From contig JAZDLF010000037.1 of assembly GCA_043802295.1 (NCBI GenBank), positions 1-61,482 on the forward strand: a stretch of 61,482 nt of DNA, read 5' to 3'. The DNA is from Candidatus Woesearchaeota archaeon (lineage in GTDB: Archaea > Nanobdellota > Nanobdellia > SCGC-AAA011-G17 > JAPLZO01). Below the pieces are notes generated by a model. The model did no database searches. It had not been told where the DNA came from and saw nothing but the letters and a program-made list of their open reading frames with translations. The translations under genes and the position numbers were made by a program. Of this stretch, positions 1-8,301 are shown piece by piece. The first letter of the stretch is position 1. Every line of letters starts with the position of its first letter.

Positions 1-74
1 AAATTAGCACATAACATCACGCTTAAAATTATCATTAAACTAAATAAAGAACCCATTAATATCTTTTTATTCAT
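1..74 (-). CDS. 5' end of a CDS running off the window; signal-peptide-like N-terminus (MNKKILMGSLFSLMIILSVMLCAN...)
   Basis: ATG at 74..72 on the minus strand, preceded by a GAGGTGGA Shine-Dalgarno-like motif 6 nt upstream. Hydrophobic N-terminus, open to the window edge. Absent from the ORF track because it is truncated. Confidence 0.4.
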   Translation of the reverse strand, partial: MNKKILMGSLFSLMIILSVMLCAN

Positions 75-240
75 TTGATTTCCACCTCTCACACTTTCTT
101 TTTTGATAAATATTTTAGGATATAATTAAAATTATGTAAACAGAGCTAATATATAAAACTTTCGGCAATCAAGGAAAAATATGACTATCATTAAGTAATT
201 AAAGAAAATTTTAGCTTTTATTTTGTTACTACTTCAAAGT

Positions 241-783
241 TTATTTTTTTCTATTTTTTAGAATTAAAATTAGGATTATTATTAATATAATTAGTCCTAT
301 AATACCAGCAATTATAAAATTTGTATCTTCATAGAATTTCTTAGGACTAGGATTTAAAACTCTACCAGTTAATTGACTTATATATTGTTCATTAACTTCT
401 TCAAAAATTAACCAAACTTTGTTATCTTTAATTTGAACTAAACTAACTTTTAAATCTCTTACACCATTTTTATCTAAATCAATTTTAAGAGTATTTGCTT
501 TTTCATTTAAAGTAACGTAATCAACACCACCTTCTCTAATATTTTGATAAAAAGAATAAATCTCTAATTCAACAGTCTTACCCTCAGAAGTATCTTTAAT
601 ACCATGAATTATAATTGTATGTTCATCATCAAGTAGATTAAATCTAACTCTATCCCCTTCTAAAAAAGGATAAATATATTTTGGTTCTTGACTAAAATCT
701 AAATCAATAGTTCTACCAGGACCAGCTAATACTATTGGTGCTATTAATAAAAATATCAAAATAAATGCAATAATATTTTTCAT
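241..783 (-). CDS. Hypothetical surface protein with N-terminal signal/TM and C-terminal TM anchor
   Basis: 180 aa. N-terminal hydrophobic segment (IIAFILIFLLIAPIVLA) and C-terminal TM followed by a basic tail (FIIAGIIGLIILIIILILILKNRKK). No recognisable catalytic motif. Confidence 0.6.
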   Translation of the reverse strand: MKNIIAFILIFLLIAPIVLAGPGRTIDLDFSQEPKYIYPFLEGDRVRFNLLDDEHTIIIHGIKDTSEGKTVELEIYSFYQNIREGGVDYVTLNEKANTLKIDLDKNGVRDLKVSLVQIKDNKVWLIFEEVNEQYISQLTGRVLNPSPKKFYEDTNFIIAGIIGLIILIIILILILKNRKK

Positions 784-816
784 AATCTTTTAGAAATATC
801 AACTTCTTTTTAAACT

Positions 817-2313
817 TTATGATATTTCAACAATTTTATCATTTTCATTAAATATATCTAATGTATAAGCTAATTTTTTATTATCTTTAGAATAAACTGT
901 AAATAATACATCATTATCTTTAACTAAATCACCTTTTTTAACATGTAGATAAATACCAGCTTCTTTATCTTTAGGAGCACCAGATATTCTAGCAATTTTA
1001 GCTATTGCTTTATTATCTACATTTTTAACATAACCCTCTTTTTTAGCAGTAACATTATATGAAAATTTACCCAATTTTATTTCATCTATTGTTATATCAG
1101 GATCTCCACCTTGTTCTTTTATGATTTCTTTCATTTTTATATAAGCTCTTCCAGACTCTAAAATTTCCTTAGCTTTTTTTTCATCACCTTTATCAATCAT
1201 ATTTAACATTAAACCAGCAATTTTGATAGATTTATTCTTTAAATCTTTAGGAGCATCATATTTATTTTGTAAAACTTTTAAAACATCTCTTGCTTCTAAA
1301 TTAGGCCCTATTCCATTACCTAAAGGTTCAGAACCATCATTAATAAAAATTTTAATTTTTAAACCAAACTTTTTACCTAATTGAATAAATTTTTTACCAA
1401 GTTTTTTAGCTTCTCTTTTTGTTTGAATCTTAGCATCTTCTTTTTCTTCACCAATAGGAATATCTATTAAAACATGAGTTGCATTAACAGAAATTTTTTT
1501 GGATAAAACACTTGCTAATAATAAACTTTCACTATCTAAACTTAATGGTCTTTCAATTTTAATTAATTTATCATCAGCTCCAGCTAATTCATTAGCACCA
1601 CCCCAAACAATACAACCATTTGTTTTTTCAACAACTTGTTTTATTTTTTCAATTGATAATTCAACAGGCGCTAGAACTTCCATTGTATCAGCGGTTCCAG
1701 CAGCACTTGTAATAGCTCTAGAACTAGTTTTTGGTATTGTTGCACCAGCAGCTGCTAATATTGGAACAATTATCATAGTTGTTCTATTTCCAGGAACTCC
1801 TCCAATTGAATGTTTATCAACTATAATCTTTTTATCTTTTAATTCTAATTTTCCACCGCTTTCTAAAATAGCTTTAATTAAATTTATAGTTTCATCTTTG
1901 CTTAGTTTATTTGAATAACAAGCAGAAACAAAATATGTTAATTCTATATCACTTAATTCATTATTAACTATACTTTTTATAATGCTAAAAATTTCTTCTT
2001 TATTCAAATATTCATTTTTTAATTTTTTCTTAATATAACTTATACACTCAGGTTTTTTTTCTAAAAGAATTTCTACAAGTGTATTATTTTTAACATTTAA
2101 TCTTTTAGAAACTTCTTGAAATAAACCAATTTCACCAGGTTTTACAATTTTATTAGAAATATCCAAAGTTGCTATTATATCTTTTTTGCCATATATTATC
2201 TTAACTCGATCTAATGCAAACACATCTAATTTTCTTGCATCATCTTCATTTAAAATAGCTATAAATGGCCCTTCTTCTGTAGAAAGATCTAATACTTTAG
2301 CCTTTAGCTTCAT
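817..2313 (-). CDS. deoA: AMP phosphorylase (archaeal thymidine-phosphorylase-family enzyme of the AMP salvage pathway)
   Basis: Conserved blocks HSIGGVPGNRTT, IPKTSSRAITSAAGTADTME and VWGG, with the N-terminal extra domain typical of archaeal AMPpase. The track start at 2322 is GTG; the first ATG (MKLKAKVLDL) is at 2313. Confidence 0.85.
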   Translation of the reverse strand: MKLKAKVLDLSTEEGPFIAILNEDDARKLDVFALDRVKIIYGKKDIIATLDISNKIVKPGEIGLFQEVSKRLNVKNNTLVEILLEKKPECISYIKKKLKNEYLNKEEIFSIIKSIVNNELSDIELTYFVSACYSNKLSKDETINLIKAILESGGKLELKDKKIIVDKHSIGGVPGNRTTMIIVPILAAAGATIPKTSSRAITSAAGTADTMEVLAPVELSIEKIKQVVEKTNGCIVWGGANELAGADDKLIKIERPLSLDSESLLLASVLSKKISVNATHVLIDIPIGEEKEDAKIQTKREAKKLGKKFIQLGKKFGLKIKIFINDGSEPLGNGIGPNLEARDVLKVLQNKYDAPKDLKNKSIKIAGLMLNMIDKGDEKKAKEILESGRAYIKMKEIIKEQGGDPDITIDEIKLGKFSYNVTAKKEGYVKNVDNKAIAKIARISGAPKDKEAGIYLHVKKGDLVKDNDVLFTVYSKDNKKLAYTLDIFNENDKIVEIS

Positions 2314-3322
2314 TTTTTTCACTTAAATAAGTTTCAATAAATAACATTAAAATAGACAATATTAAAGGTCCAACAACCATTCCAATTAAACCAAATACTT
2401 GTAATCCACCAATTATTCCAATTAAAACTAAAATTGGATGTATGTTTGCTTTTCTTCCAATTAATTTAGGTCTTATTACATTATCAATAGTGCTTACAAT
2501 TATTAATCCATACAAAAATAATCCAAATCCATTATAAAAATCACCATTTGATATTTTTATAATAGCAGCAGGTAACCATATAAAATAAGCTCCTAAAAAT
2601 GGGATCATAGACAATACTGTCATTACAATACCCCATGTTATAGGTGAACTAACCTTAAAATACCATAACCCTATAGTCCCAATAGCACCTTGAACTATTG
2701 CTGTAAGAACAACACCATATAATACTGCATAAATTGTATCACCAAAATTTTTATATAATTTTATTTTATGATTTTCTTTTAAAGATAAAGCACTCAAAAT
2801 TTTATTACTTATATATTCACCATCTTTAAACAAATAGTATATTGTAAAAAACATAACAAATAAACTAAGAATTAATTGTGGGATACTAAATAAAAAATTA
2901 GATGTTTTTTGGATTACATAAACAGATAGCCTATTCATTAAATCTTTTAAGTATGCATTTACATCTAATGTTCCTCCTAAATATCTAGAAATTTTATCAG
3001 CAAACACACCCAAATTAATTTGTGGAGCATTATAAAAAAATTTTACAGATTCATTCAACAAGGAATTAAATATAAATATCAAAGGAATAGTCATTATTAA
3101 TAATATCAAAATAGATGTTATAAGTGAAGATATTGTTTTATTTTTAAGATATCTAACTATAAATTTATAAATCGGATAAAAAAGAAAAGTTAATATTATT
3201 GCACCAATCAATGCTATGATATATTTTTTTATTAAAAAAAATGATATCACTATCAAACCTAAAAATAAAACTCCTAATATATATTTAGATTGCTTTGAAT
3301 AACCCAACCTCTTTTCTGCCAT
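2297..3322 (-). CDS. AI-2E family (PerM/UPF0118) transporter
   Basis: 341 aa polytopic protein with the family-typical C-terminal block DNVIRPKLIGRKANIHPILVLIGIIGGLQVFGLIGMVVGP. Confidence 0.8.
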   Translation of the reverse strand: MAEKRLGYSKQSKYILGVLFLGLIVISFFLIKKYIIALIGAIILTFLFYPIYKFIVRYLKNKTISSLITSILILLIMTIPLIFIFNSLLNESVKFFYNAPQINLGVFADKISRYLGGTLDVNAYLKDLMNRLSVYVIQKTSNFLFSIPQLILSLFVMFFTIYYLFKDGEYISNKILSALSLKENHKIKLYKNFGDTIYAVLYGVVLTAIVQGAIGTIGLWYFKVSSPITWGIVMTVLSMIPFLGAYFIWLPAAIIKISNGDFYNGFGLFLYGLIIVSTIDNVIRPKLIGRKANIHPILVLIGIIGGLQVFGLIGMVVGPLILSILMLFIETYLSEKNEAKG

Positions 3323-3392
3323 ATAAAATTATTTCTTATTTATATTTATAAACCTTTTGATAAATAAATCAAGAATAAAAATAAAAAAAGAA

Positions 3393-3821
3393 TTACCAAT
3401 TAGGGTGTATTAACTTAGGATTTTGAGTAACAGTAAAATCAGTTCTTACATAATCTTTTATACCATAGTCATAAACAGCTACACTATAAACATCTGGCTT
3501 CCATGACACAGGTATCATAAAAGTCATTGTTTCTGAATCAAAACATTTACCACTTGATCTATTTTTATTTTGTTCCTTACAAAATAAATTACTAATCATT
3601 TTTCTAGAATTACCAAACATAAAATATAAATTTTTTCTAGCACCTTTTTCTCCAGGTGTTACTGTAATTGTTATTTTATTACCTTGTTGTACAGTAGTTG
3701 GTTCTACTGTAATTTTTGTAATTGAAGGTGTAGAAACCTTTCCAGTTATATCTAAATTAAATGTTACTAATGCTATTAATAATATTAATACTGCTCCCAA
3801 TAAAATATTTTTATTTTCCAT
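3393..3821 (-). CDS. Small secreted/anchored protein, tandem paralog 3 of 3
   Basis: N-terminal TM (ILLGAVLILLIALV), TKITVEP...ITITVTPGEKG block, a Cys pair, and C-terminal VYDYGIKDYVRTDFTVT shared with the two upstream paralogs. Confidence 0.65.
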   Translation of the reverse strand: MENKNILLGAVLILLIALVTFNLDITGKVSTPSITKITVEPTTVQQGNKITITVTPGEKGARKNLYFMFGNSRKMISNLFCKEQNKNRSSGKCFDSETMTFMIPVSWKPDVYSVAVYDYGIKDYVRTDFTVTQNPKLIHPNW

Positions 3822-3830
3822 TTCATTACC

Positions 3831-4283
3831 TCATTTTTCATATACTAAAGGATATAATTTAGCTCTTGGATTTAAATTATAAGGATATGTGACTTTAAAA
3901 TCAGTTCTTATATAATTACCTGAATAATAATCAAATACTTGTGCATAATAATTATTAGGTTCCCATGCACTTGATGTAGGATAAACTATTGTTATAGGTT
4001 CACTACATCTATAACCACTAACACAAACAGCTCCACTTTTACCTTTTCTAATAGTTCCTTGATAAAAATTAATATATCTATTCACACCACTTTTCCCAGG
4101 AATTATCTTAATAGTCAAATCTTCTCCAGCTCTTATTTCTTTAGGACTAATTATCATTCTTGTTACTTTAGAATCTTCACTAATATTATAACCAGTAAAT
4201 CCTAAAAAATTAAATGAGATCATAGTTATAAGTAATATTAACAGCGCACCTATAACAATCTTTTTTTCATTATTAATGTTCAT
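3831..4283 (-). CDS. Small secreted/anchored protein, tandem paralog 2 of 3
   Basis: N-terminal TM, LTIKIIPGKSG block, Cys pair (CVSGYRC), and C-terminal VFDYYSGNYIRTDFKVT. Confidence 0.65.
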   Translation of the reverse strand: MNINNEKKIVIGALLILLITMISFNFLGFTGYNISEDSKVTRMIISPKEIRAGEDLTIKIIPGKSGVNRYINFYQGTIRKGKSGAVCVSGYRCSEPITIVYPTSSAWEPNNYYAQVFDYYSGNYIRTDFKVTYPYNLNPRAKLYPLVYEK

Positions 4284-4679
4284 TTAACTCACCAAAAACC
4301 TTTCTCTAATATATTCTCCTGAATAATAATCAAATATTTGTATATAATAATCTCCAGATTTATAGTACTCTGGAACTATAAAAAAATAACTAGTTGGATT
4401 TACACATTTAACATTATCACATAATTGATCACTTTGTCCAACATAAACATAACCATTTTCACTCAATTTATAAAATGATAAAGTATTTGGTATTCCATCT
4501 TTACCAGGTTGTATTGTGATTTGTAATTCATCATTAGAAATAACCATTATTGGCTCAATAGTAATTTTTGTTACACCAGATTTTACACTATGCCCGGTAA
4601 TACCAAAACTTAAAGTAAAAATAGCAATCACAAATATTATAATAGCACCAAGAATAACCTCTTTTTCTTTTTTATCCAT
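4284..4679 (-). CDS. Small secreted/anchored protein, tandem paralog 1 of 3
   Basis: N-terminal TM, TKITIEP...LQITIQPGKDG block, Cys pair (CDNVKC), and C-terminal IFDYYSGEYIRERFLVS. Its stop directly abuts the start of the next paralog (4283/4284). Confidence 0.65.
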   Translation of the reverse strand: MDKKEKEVILGAIIIFVIAIFTLSFGITGHSVKSGVTKITIEPIMVISNDELQITIQPGKDGIPNTLSFYKLSENGYVYVGQSDQLCDNVKCVNPTSYFFIVPEYYKSGDYYIQIFDYYSGEYIRERFLVS

Positions 4680-4704
4680 TTATAGGGACACCTCTATAAT
4701 AATA

Positions 4705-5466
4705 TCACAAATTTACTAATTTAAATAGTTTTTGCTTAATAAACGTCAATATACTTTTAAAAAAACTTGGTTTTTCTTCATTCAAATTATCTTTATTTTC
4801 AAGATTTTCAATGCTTTTATTTTCCTCTTTTATCTCATCAACTTCTTGTTTACAATTATCAATTTTTTTATTATAACAAGAATTACTTACACATTCATCT
4901 TTAGTACAATTATTTTTATCATCACAATCTTGATTATTTTTACATTCTGTAACAATTGTATGAATACATTTTTTAGGAGTCCCAGTACATAAATCTAAAG
5001 TAGCAATATTATTATCATCACAATCATCATTTCCAGAACATTCTCCAGTATTTATTAACTCACAATAATTATCCACACATTTGTATCCAGAACTACAACC
5101 ACAATCTTTACAGCATTTTTCTATTTCACCAGTTTCACATTTACCATTACCACATTCATAATCAAATAATTCAAATACATCAAAATTAACAAATCTTTCT
5201 TCTACTTCTTCTACAAAAAATATCTCATTTACAAATATCTTTACACCATCTATTTGTTTTTCTTCATATGCTTTAATTGCTTGTTTTTCTCCACCAACAT
5301 CAAATACAACATTGCTAGATGTTATTCTCACAACTTTTATTGTTTTACCTTCAAATTCAGCGCTTTCACCACTTTTTAATTTGTTAGTAGAATTTGTAGA
5401 AGCATAAATAATACTTATTGTAAACAATAAAAAAACAAAATAGATTATTACTTTTTTTATTTCCAT
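4705..5466 (-). CDS. Secreted cysteine-rich repeat protein
   Basis: N-terminal TM/signal, then about 24 Cys in repeated CxxDxDCDDxNxCTxDxC-like units (CGNGKCETGEIEKCCKDCGC; GECSGNDDCDDNN; ECKNNQDCDDKNNCTKDEC). Acidic, low-complexity C-terminus. The start is either ATG 5481 or ATG 5466; both overlap the end of rbcL. Confidence 0.6.
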   Translation of the reverse strand: MEIKKVIIYFVFLLFTISIIYASTNSTNKLKSGESAEFEGKTIKVVRITSSNVVFDVGGEKQAIKAYEEKQIDGVKIFVNEIFFVEEVEERFVNFDVFELFDYECGNGKCETGEIEKCCKDCGCSSGYKCVDNYCELINTGECSGNDDCDDNNIATLDLCTGTPKKCIHTIVTECKNNQDCDDKNNCTKDECVSNSCYNKKIDNCKQEVDEIKEENKSIENLENKDNLNEEKPSFFKSILTFIKQKLFKLVNL

Positions 5467-6710
5467 TGTTCTAAAGCACATTTTAATTCTTTATGATTTT
5501 TAGAGTATTCTTGAAGTGGAATTTTTTTAATACTAGATTCTATAGCATCCATCATTGCTTTTGCTCCTCCTTTAGTACCATATTTATTTCCATGAATACC
5601 TCCACCAGCTTGTATTATTATATTATTACCCATTATATCAATTAATTTGGGTACTAATCTAGGATGCAAACCACCAGAACAAACAGCAATAACAGGTTTA
5701 ATATTATACCATCTTTGTTCTAAAAAATGTTCTTTTTTATTCTCTAAAATTAAATTTTTTTCAATTTCTTCTTCAATATCATAAATAGTATTTTTAGAAC
5801 CTTCCATTTTACCAATAGCTGTTCCAATATGTAAACTATCAACACCAATTAATCTAGCAATTTTAGCTATTGTCAACATTGAAATACCATGTTTTTTATT
5901 TCTTGTCAAAATAGCATGTCCAGCTCTATGTGCATGTAATGGTAAATTAAATTCTTTATTTCTTACAGTTTGTAAAGAACTCCATCCAAGAGTTATAATA
6001 TCTAACATTAAATAATTACCATGATTTTTTTTAACAAATTCGCCTCTTTTAATCATCTCATTAGTTTCAGCAGTTATATTTGGTAAATATGCTTTTTTTT
6101 GTCCAGTTTCTTTTTCAGCCTCTTCTTTTAATTTTAAAGTCTCTATAACTCTTTTTTTGAATAAATTAAAATTTTGATTACTTAAATTTTCATCATCTTT
6201 AACAATATCACATCCACCAATCCACGCCTCATAAGCAACCCTAGCATGATTTTTGTAATCTAAACCAATCTTTGGCTTTATTATTGTCCCTAATAATGGT
6301 CTTTTTTTAATGCCTAAATTTTTTCTAATTCCTTGAATTCCAAATTTTGGTCCTTTAAAACTATTTATAATTTTTTTAGGAAATTCAATATCAAGTAATC
6401 TCAAATTTTTAACAGATTTCATTCCAAAAATATTTCCAGCTATGCTAGATAATATTTCAGGCATATTACCTAATTCAAATAATTCATAAGGATAAGCAAT
6501 TTTTACATATTTTCCATTAATATTAAAAACTCTTGCTCTTAATTTCATAATTTTTTTGTTCATAGTACTAACATTAGTCCATGTTCCAATAGAGCTTTCA
6601 GCAGCAATATCATTACAAACTTGTTTTATAGAACTAGAATTTGGTTCAACATAATACTCACAAATCAAATCATTTTTATTGGGTTTATATTTTAAATCTA
6701 TATAATCCAT
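5457..6710 (-). CDS. rbcL: Ribulose-1,5-bisphosphate carboxylase/oxygenase large subunit, form III-type
   Basis: All canonical catalytic blocks are present: GTIIKPKIGL (K175/K177 equivalents), DIVKDDENL (carbamylated Lys plus D/E metal ligands), LHAHRAGH, HIGTAIGKMEG, SGGLHP and AGGGIHG. No small-subunit or PRK gene is nearby. It sits with AMPpase and R15P isomerase. Confidence 0.9.
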   Translation of the reverse strand: MDYIDLKYKPNKNDLICEYYVEPNSSSIKQVCNDIAAESSIGTWTNVSTMNKKIMKLRARVFNINGKYVKIAYPYELFELGNMPEILSSIAGNIFGMKSVKNLRLLDIEFPKKIINSFKGPKFGIQGIRKNLGIKKRPLLGTIIKPKIGLDYKNHARVAYEAWIGGCDIVKDDENLSNQNFNLFKKRVIETLKLKEEAEKETGQKKAYLPNITAETNEMIKRGEFVKKNHGNYLMLDIITLGWSSLQTVRNKEFNLPLHAHRAGHAILTRNKKHGISMLTIAKIARLIGVDSLHIGTAIGKMEGSKNTIYDIEEEIEKNLILENKKEHFLEQRWYNIKPVIAVCSGGLHPRLVPKLIDIMGNNIIIQAGGGIHGNKYGTKGGAKAMMDAIESSIKKIPLQEYSKNHKELKCALEQWK

Positions 6711-6741
6711 ATTAACCTCTTTTTATTTAATTAATGCTTAC

Positions 6742-7395
6742 TTATTTATTAATATTTCTTAATAATTTAGGTAAGTAACCTATATCTTTTATAACATAAT
6801 TAGGCTTATATTTTTTTAATTTATTTTTGGTAGAAACTCCAGTTAAGACAGATATAACTTTTACTCTTGCTCTTTTTGCAGCAATTATATCATAAATAGA
6901 ATCACCAACATGATAATCAGCCTTTATATTCAATAATTTTTCAGCTTTAAAAATTTCATCAGGATATGGCTTACTTCTTTTAACATCATCATGCCCTATT
7001 ATAACATCAAATAATTTTTTATTTATTTGGGTATGTCTTAACAAAGGTTCTAATTCTTTATGAGTGCAATTTGTAACTAATGCAATTTTATAATTTTTCT
7101 TTAATTCTTTTAAAGTCTTAACAACATTATTTATTTGTCTAGCATACTTTGCTGTTTTTTTAACATAATTATGATGCAATTCTCTTAATCTTATTATTTT
7201 TTCTTCAGGTAATTTTGGTAATAATGCTCTCAAAACTTCACCAGCATGTCTTCCATCTAATAAAGGTCTTAATTTTTTTAAAGTTATCAAAGGTAAATTC
7301 AATTTTTTAAAAGCTAAATTAAATGCTTTTAAATGAGCTATTTTAGTTTCAATTAATGTTTGATCTAAATCAAAACAAATCAAATCACTTTTCAT
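6742..7395 (-). CDS. HAD-superfamily hydrolase, subfamily IA (phosphoglycolate-phosphatase-like)
   Basis: Motif I FDLDQTL (DxDxT), motif II LVTNCT, motif III Lys (RSKPYP), motif IV GDSIYDIIAA. Its start overlaps the stop of the upstream isomerase by 4 nt (7392-7395). Confidence 0.8.
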   Translation of the reverse strand: MKSDLICFDLDQTLIETKIAHLKAFNLAFKKLNLPLITLKKLRPLLDGRHAGEVLRALLPKLPEEKIIRLRELHHNYVKKTAKYARQINNVVKTLKELKKNYKIALVTNCTHKELEPLLRHTQINKKLFDVIIGHDDVKRSKPYPDEIFKAEKLLNIKADYHVGDSIYDIIAAKRARVKVISVLTGVSTKNKLKKYKPNYVIKDIGYLPKLLRNINK

Positions 7396-8204
7396 TTTTT
7401 AGAAATCCATGGATAAACTTGTTTAACTTTTCTAACAAAATCTTTTGGTTTTAAAATTCCTAATTCAGATATTATTGCAGTTACATATTTATTTTCAGTT
7501 ATATCAAACGATAAATCTTCCACTTTAACTTTTTTAGGTGCATTTTTCCAAACTTCTCTAAAATCTCTTATTTCAATCTTAATTGGCCTTGGTGTAAATT
7601 TCCAAGAATTACCAGCAATATAAACTGGTATTTTATGATCATAACATATTTCTGCAAACATACTAGTTCCAACTTTATTTACAACATCTCCATTATTAAA
7701 GATAGCATCACAACCAATTAACATTAAGTCAGCTTCTTTCAACAATTTATCTTTTTTCAAAGCAGCGCCAGCTGCAGAATCAATAATGGTTGTAACTTTA
7801 ATTCCATATTTACTTAACTCTTTAGCTGTTTTTCTTCCTTGATATAAAGGTCTTGTTTCTGTATTATAAACCTCAAATTTTTTCTTTTGTCTTTTAGCTT
7901 CTTTTAATATTTCTAGAACAGTTGAACTATGACAATGTGTAAAAACAATGCCTCTTATTTTTTTGCTACCTAGTTTTGCAATTTCCCATTTATCATTTTT
8001 TATATGATCAATCGTTTGTTCTTGTCCATAAATTTTAGCATATTTTAATGCATTCCTTAACATAGGTTCTGTTGGTCTTGCATGAATAATCTTTTTATAA
8101 GAAAAATTTTTTAAAGATAAAGCATTTACACCAGCAATTGCAATATTTTCTGCACCTTGTATCTTTATCTTTTTTATTCTATTAATAACCTCTTTAAATT
8201 GCAT
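7392..8204 (-). CDS. e2b2: Ribose-1,5-bisphosphate isomerase (eIF-2B alpha/beta/delta-like family)
   Basis: Family blocks THCHSSTV, NTETRPLYQGR, IGCDAIFNNGDVVNKVGTS and PVYIAGNSWKF. At 270 aa it is shorter than the roughly 320-aa characterised enzymes. Context with rbcL and AMPpase supports the call. Confidence 0.8.
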   Translation of the reverse strand: MQFKEVINRIKKIKIQGAENIAIAGVNALSLKNFSYKKIIHARPTEPMLRNALKYAKIYGQEQTIDHIKNDKWEIAKLGSKKIRGIVFTHCHSSTVLEILKEAKRQKKKFEVYNTETRPLYQGRKTAKELSKYGIKVTTIIDSAAGAALKKDKLLKEADLMLIGCDAIFNNGDVVNKVGTSMFAEICYDHKIPVYIAGNSWKFTPRPIKIEIRDFREVWKNAPKKVKVEDLSFDITENKYVTAIISELGILKPKDFVRKVKQVYPWISKK

Positions 8205-8301
8205 ATTATTAATATCTTATAAAAATTTATAAAACTTGTTATTTATTTTTAGGTTGCAACAATCATAAACTATTTAAATTATCATTTAGATTTTTATAAA
8301 A

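Noticed and set aside
1499-1918. 139-aa plus-strand ORF inside the AMP phosphorylase gene. Similar antisense track ORFs lie at 4516-4719, 4732-4992, 10891-11091, 12402-12756, 17157-17405, 19658-19840, 23246-23476, 29018-29212, 30322-30504, 32868-33137, 40216-40428, 51173-51370, 58037-58285, 59363-59593 and 60920-61111
   Set aside because: All lie wholly or almost wholly antisense to (or, for 12402-12756, running just past the end of) ORFs with strong family motifs. All have low-complexity, Ile/Phe/Leu/Ser-rich translations of the kind expected by chance in AT-rich DNA, and several start at non-ATG codons.
3393-4679. Type IV pilin / archaellin-like class III signal peptides in the three tandem paralogs
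   Set aside because: The hydrophobic segment is preceded by ...ILLG/IVIG/VILG, with no charged residue at -2 and no obvious prepilin-peptidase site. An ordinary signal anchor is the simpler reading.
5457-6710. Possibility that the RuBisCO homolog is a form IV RuBisCO-like protein
   Set aside because: The equivalents of K175, K177, the KDDE carbamylation/metal site, HxHRxxH, H327/K334, SGG and GGG are all present, which RLPs typically are not. The subform still needs a phylogeny.
8205-8301. TATA/BRE-like motifs in divergent intergenic regions (also 13772-13874, 32686-32751, 38149-38202 and 56049-56084)
   Set aside because: TTTAAA and TTTATA strings occur every few tens of bases in this DNA, so individual promoter calls are not supportable without transcript-start data.
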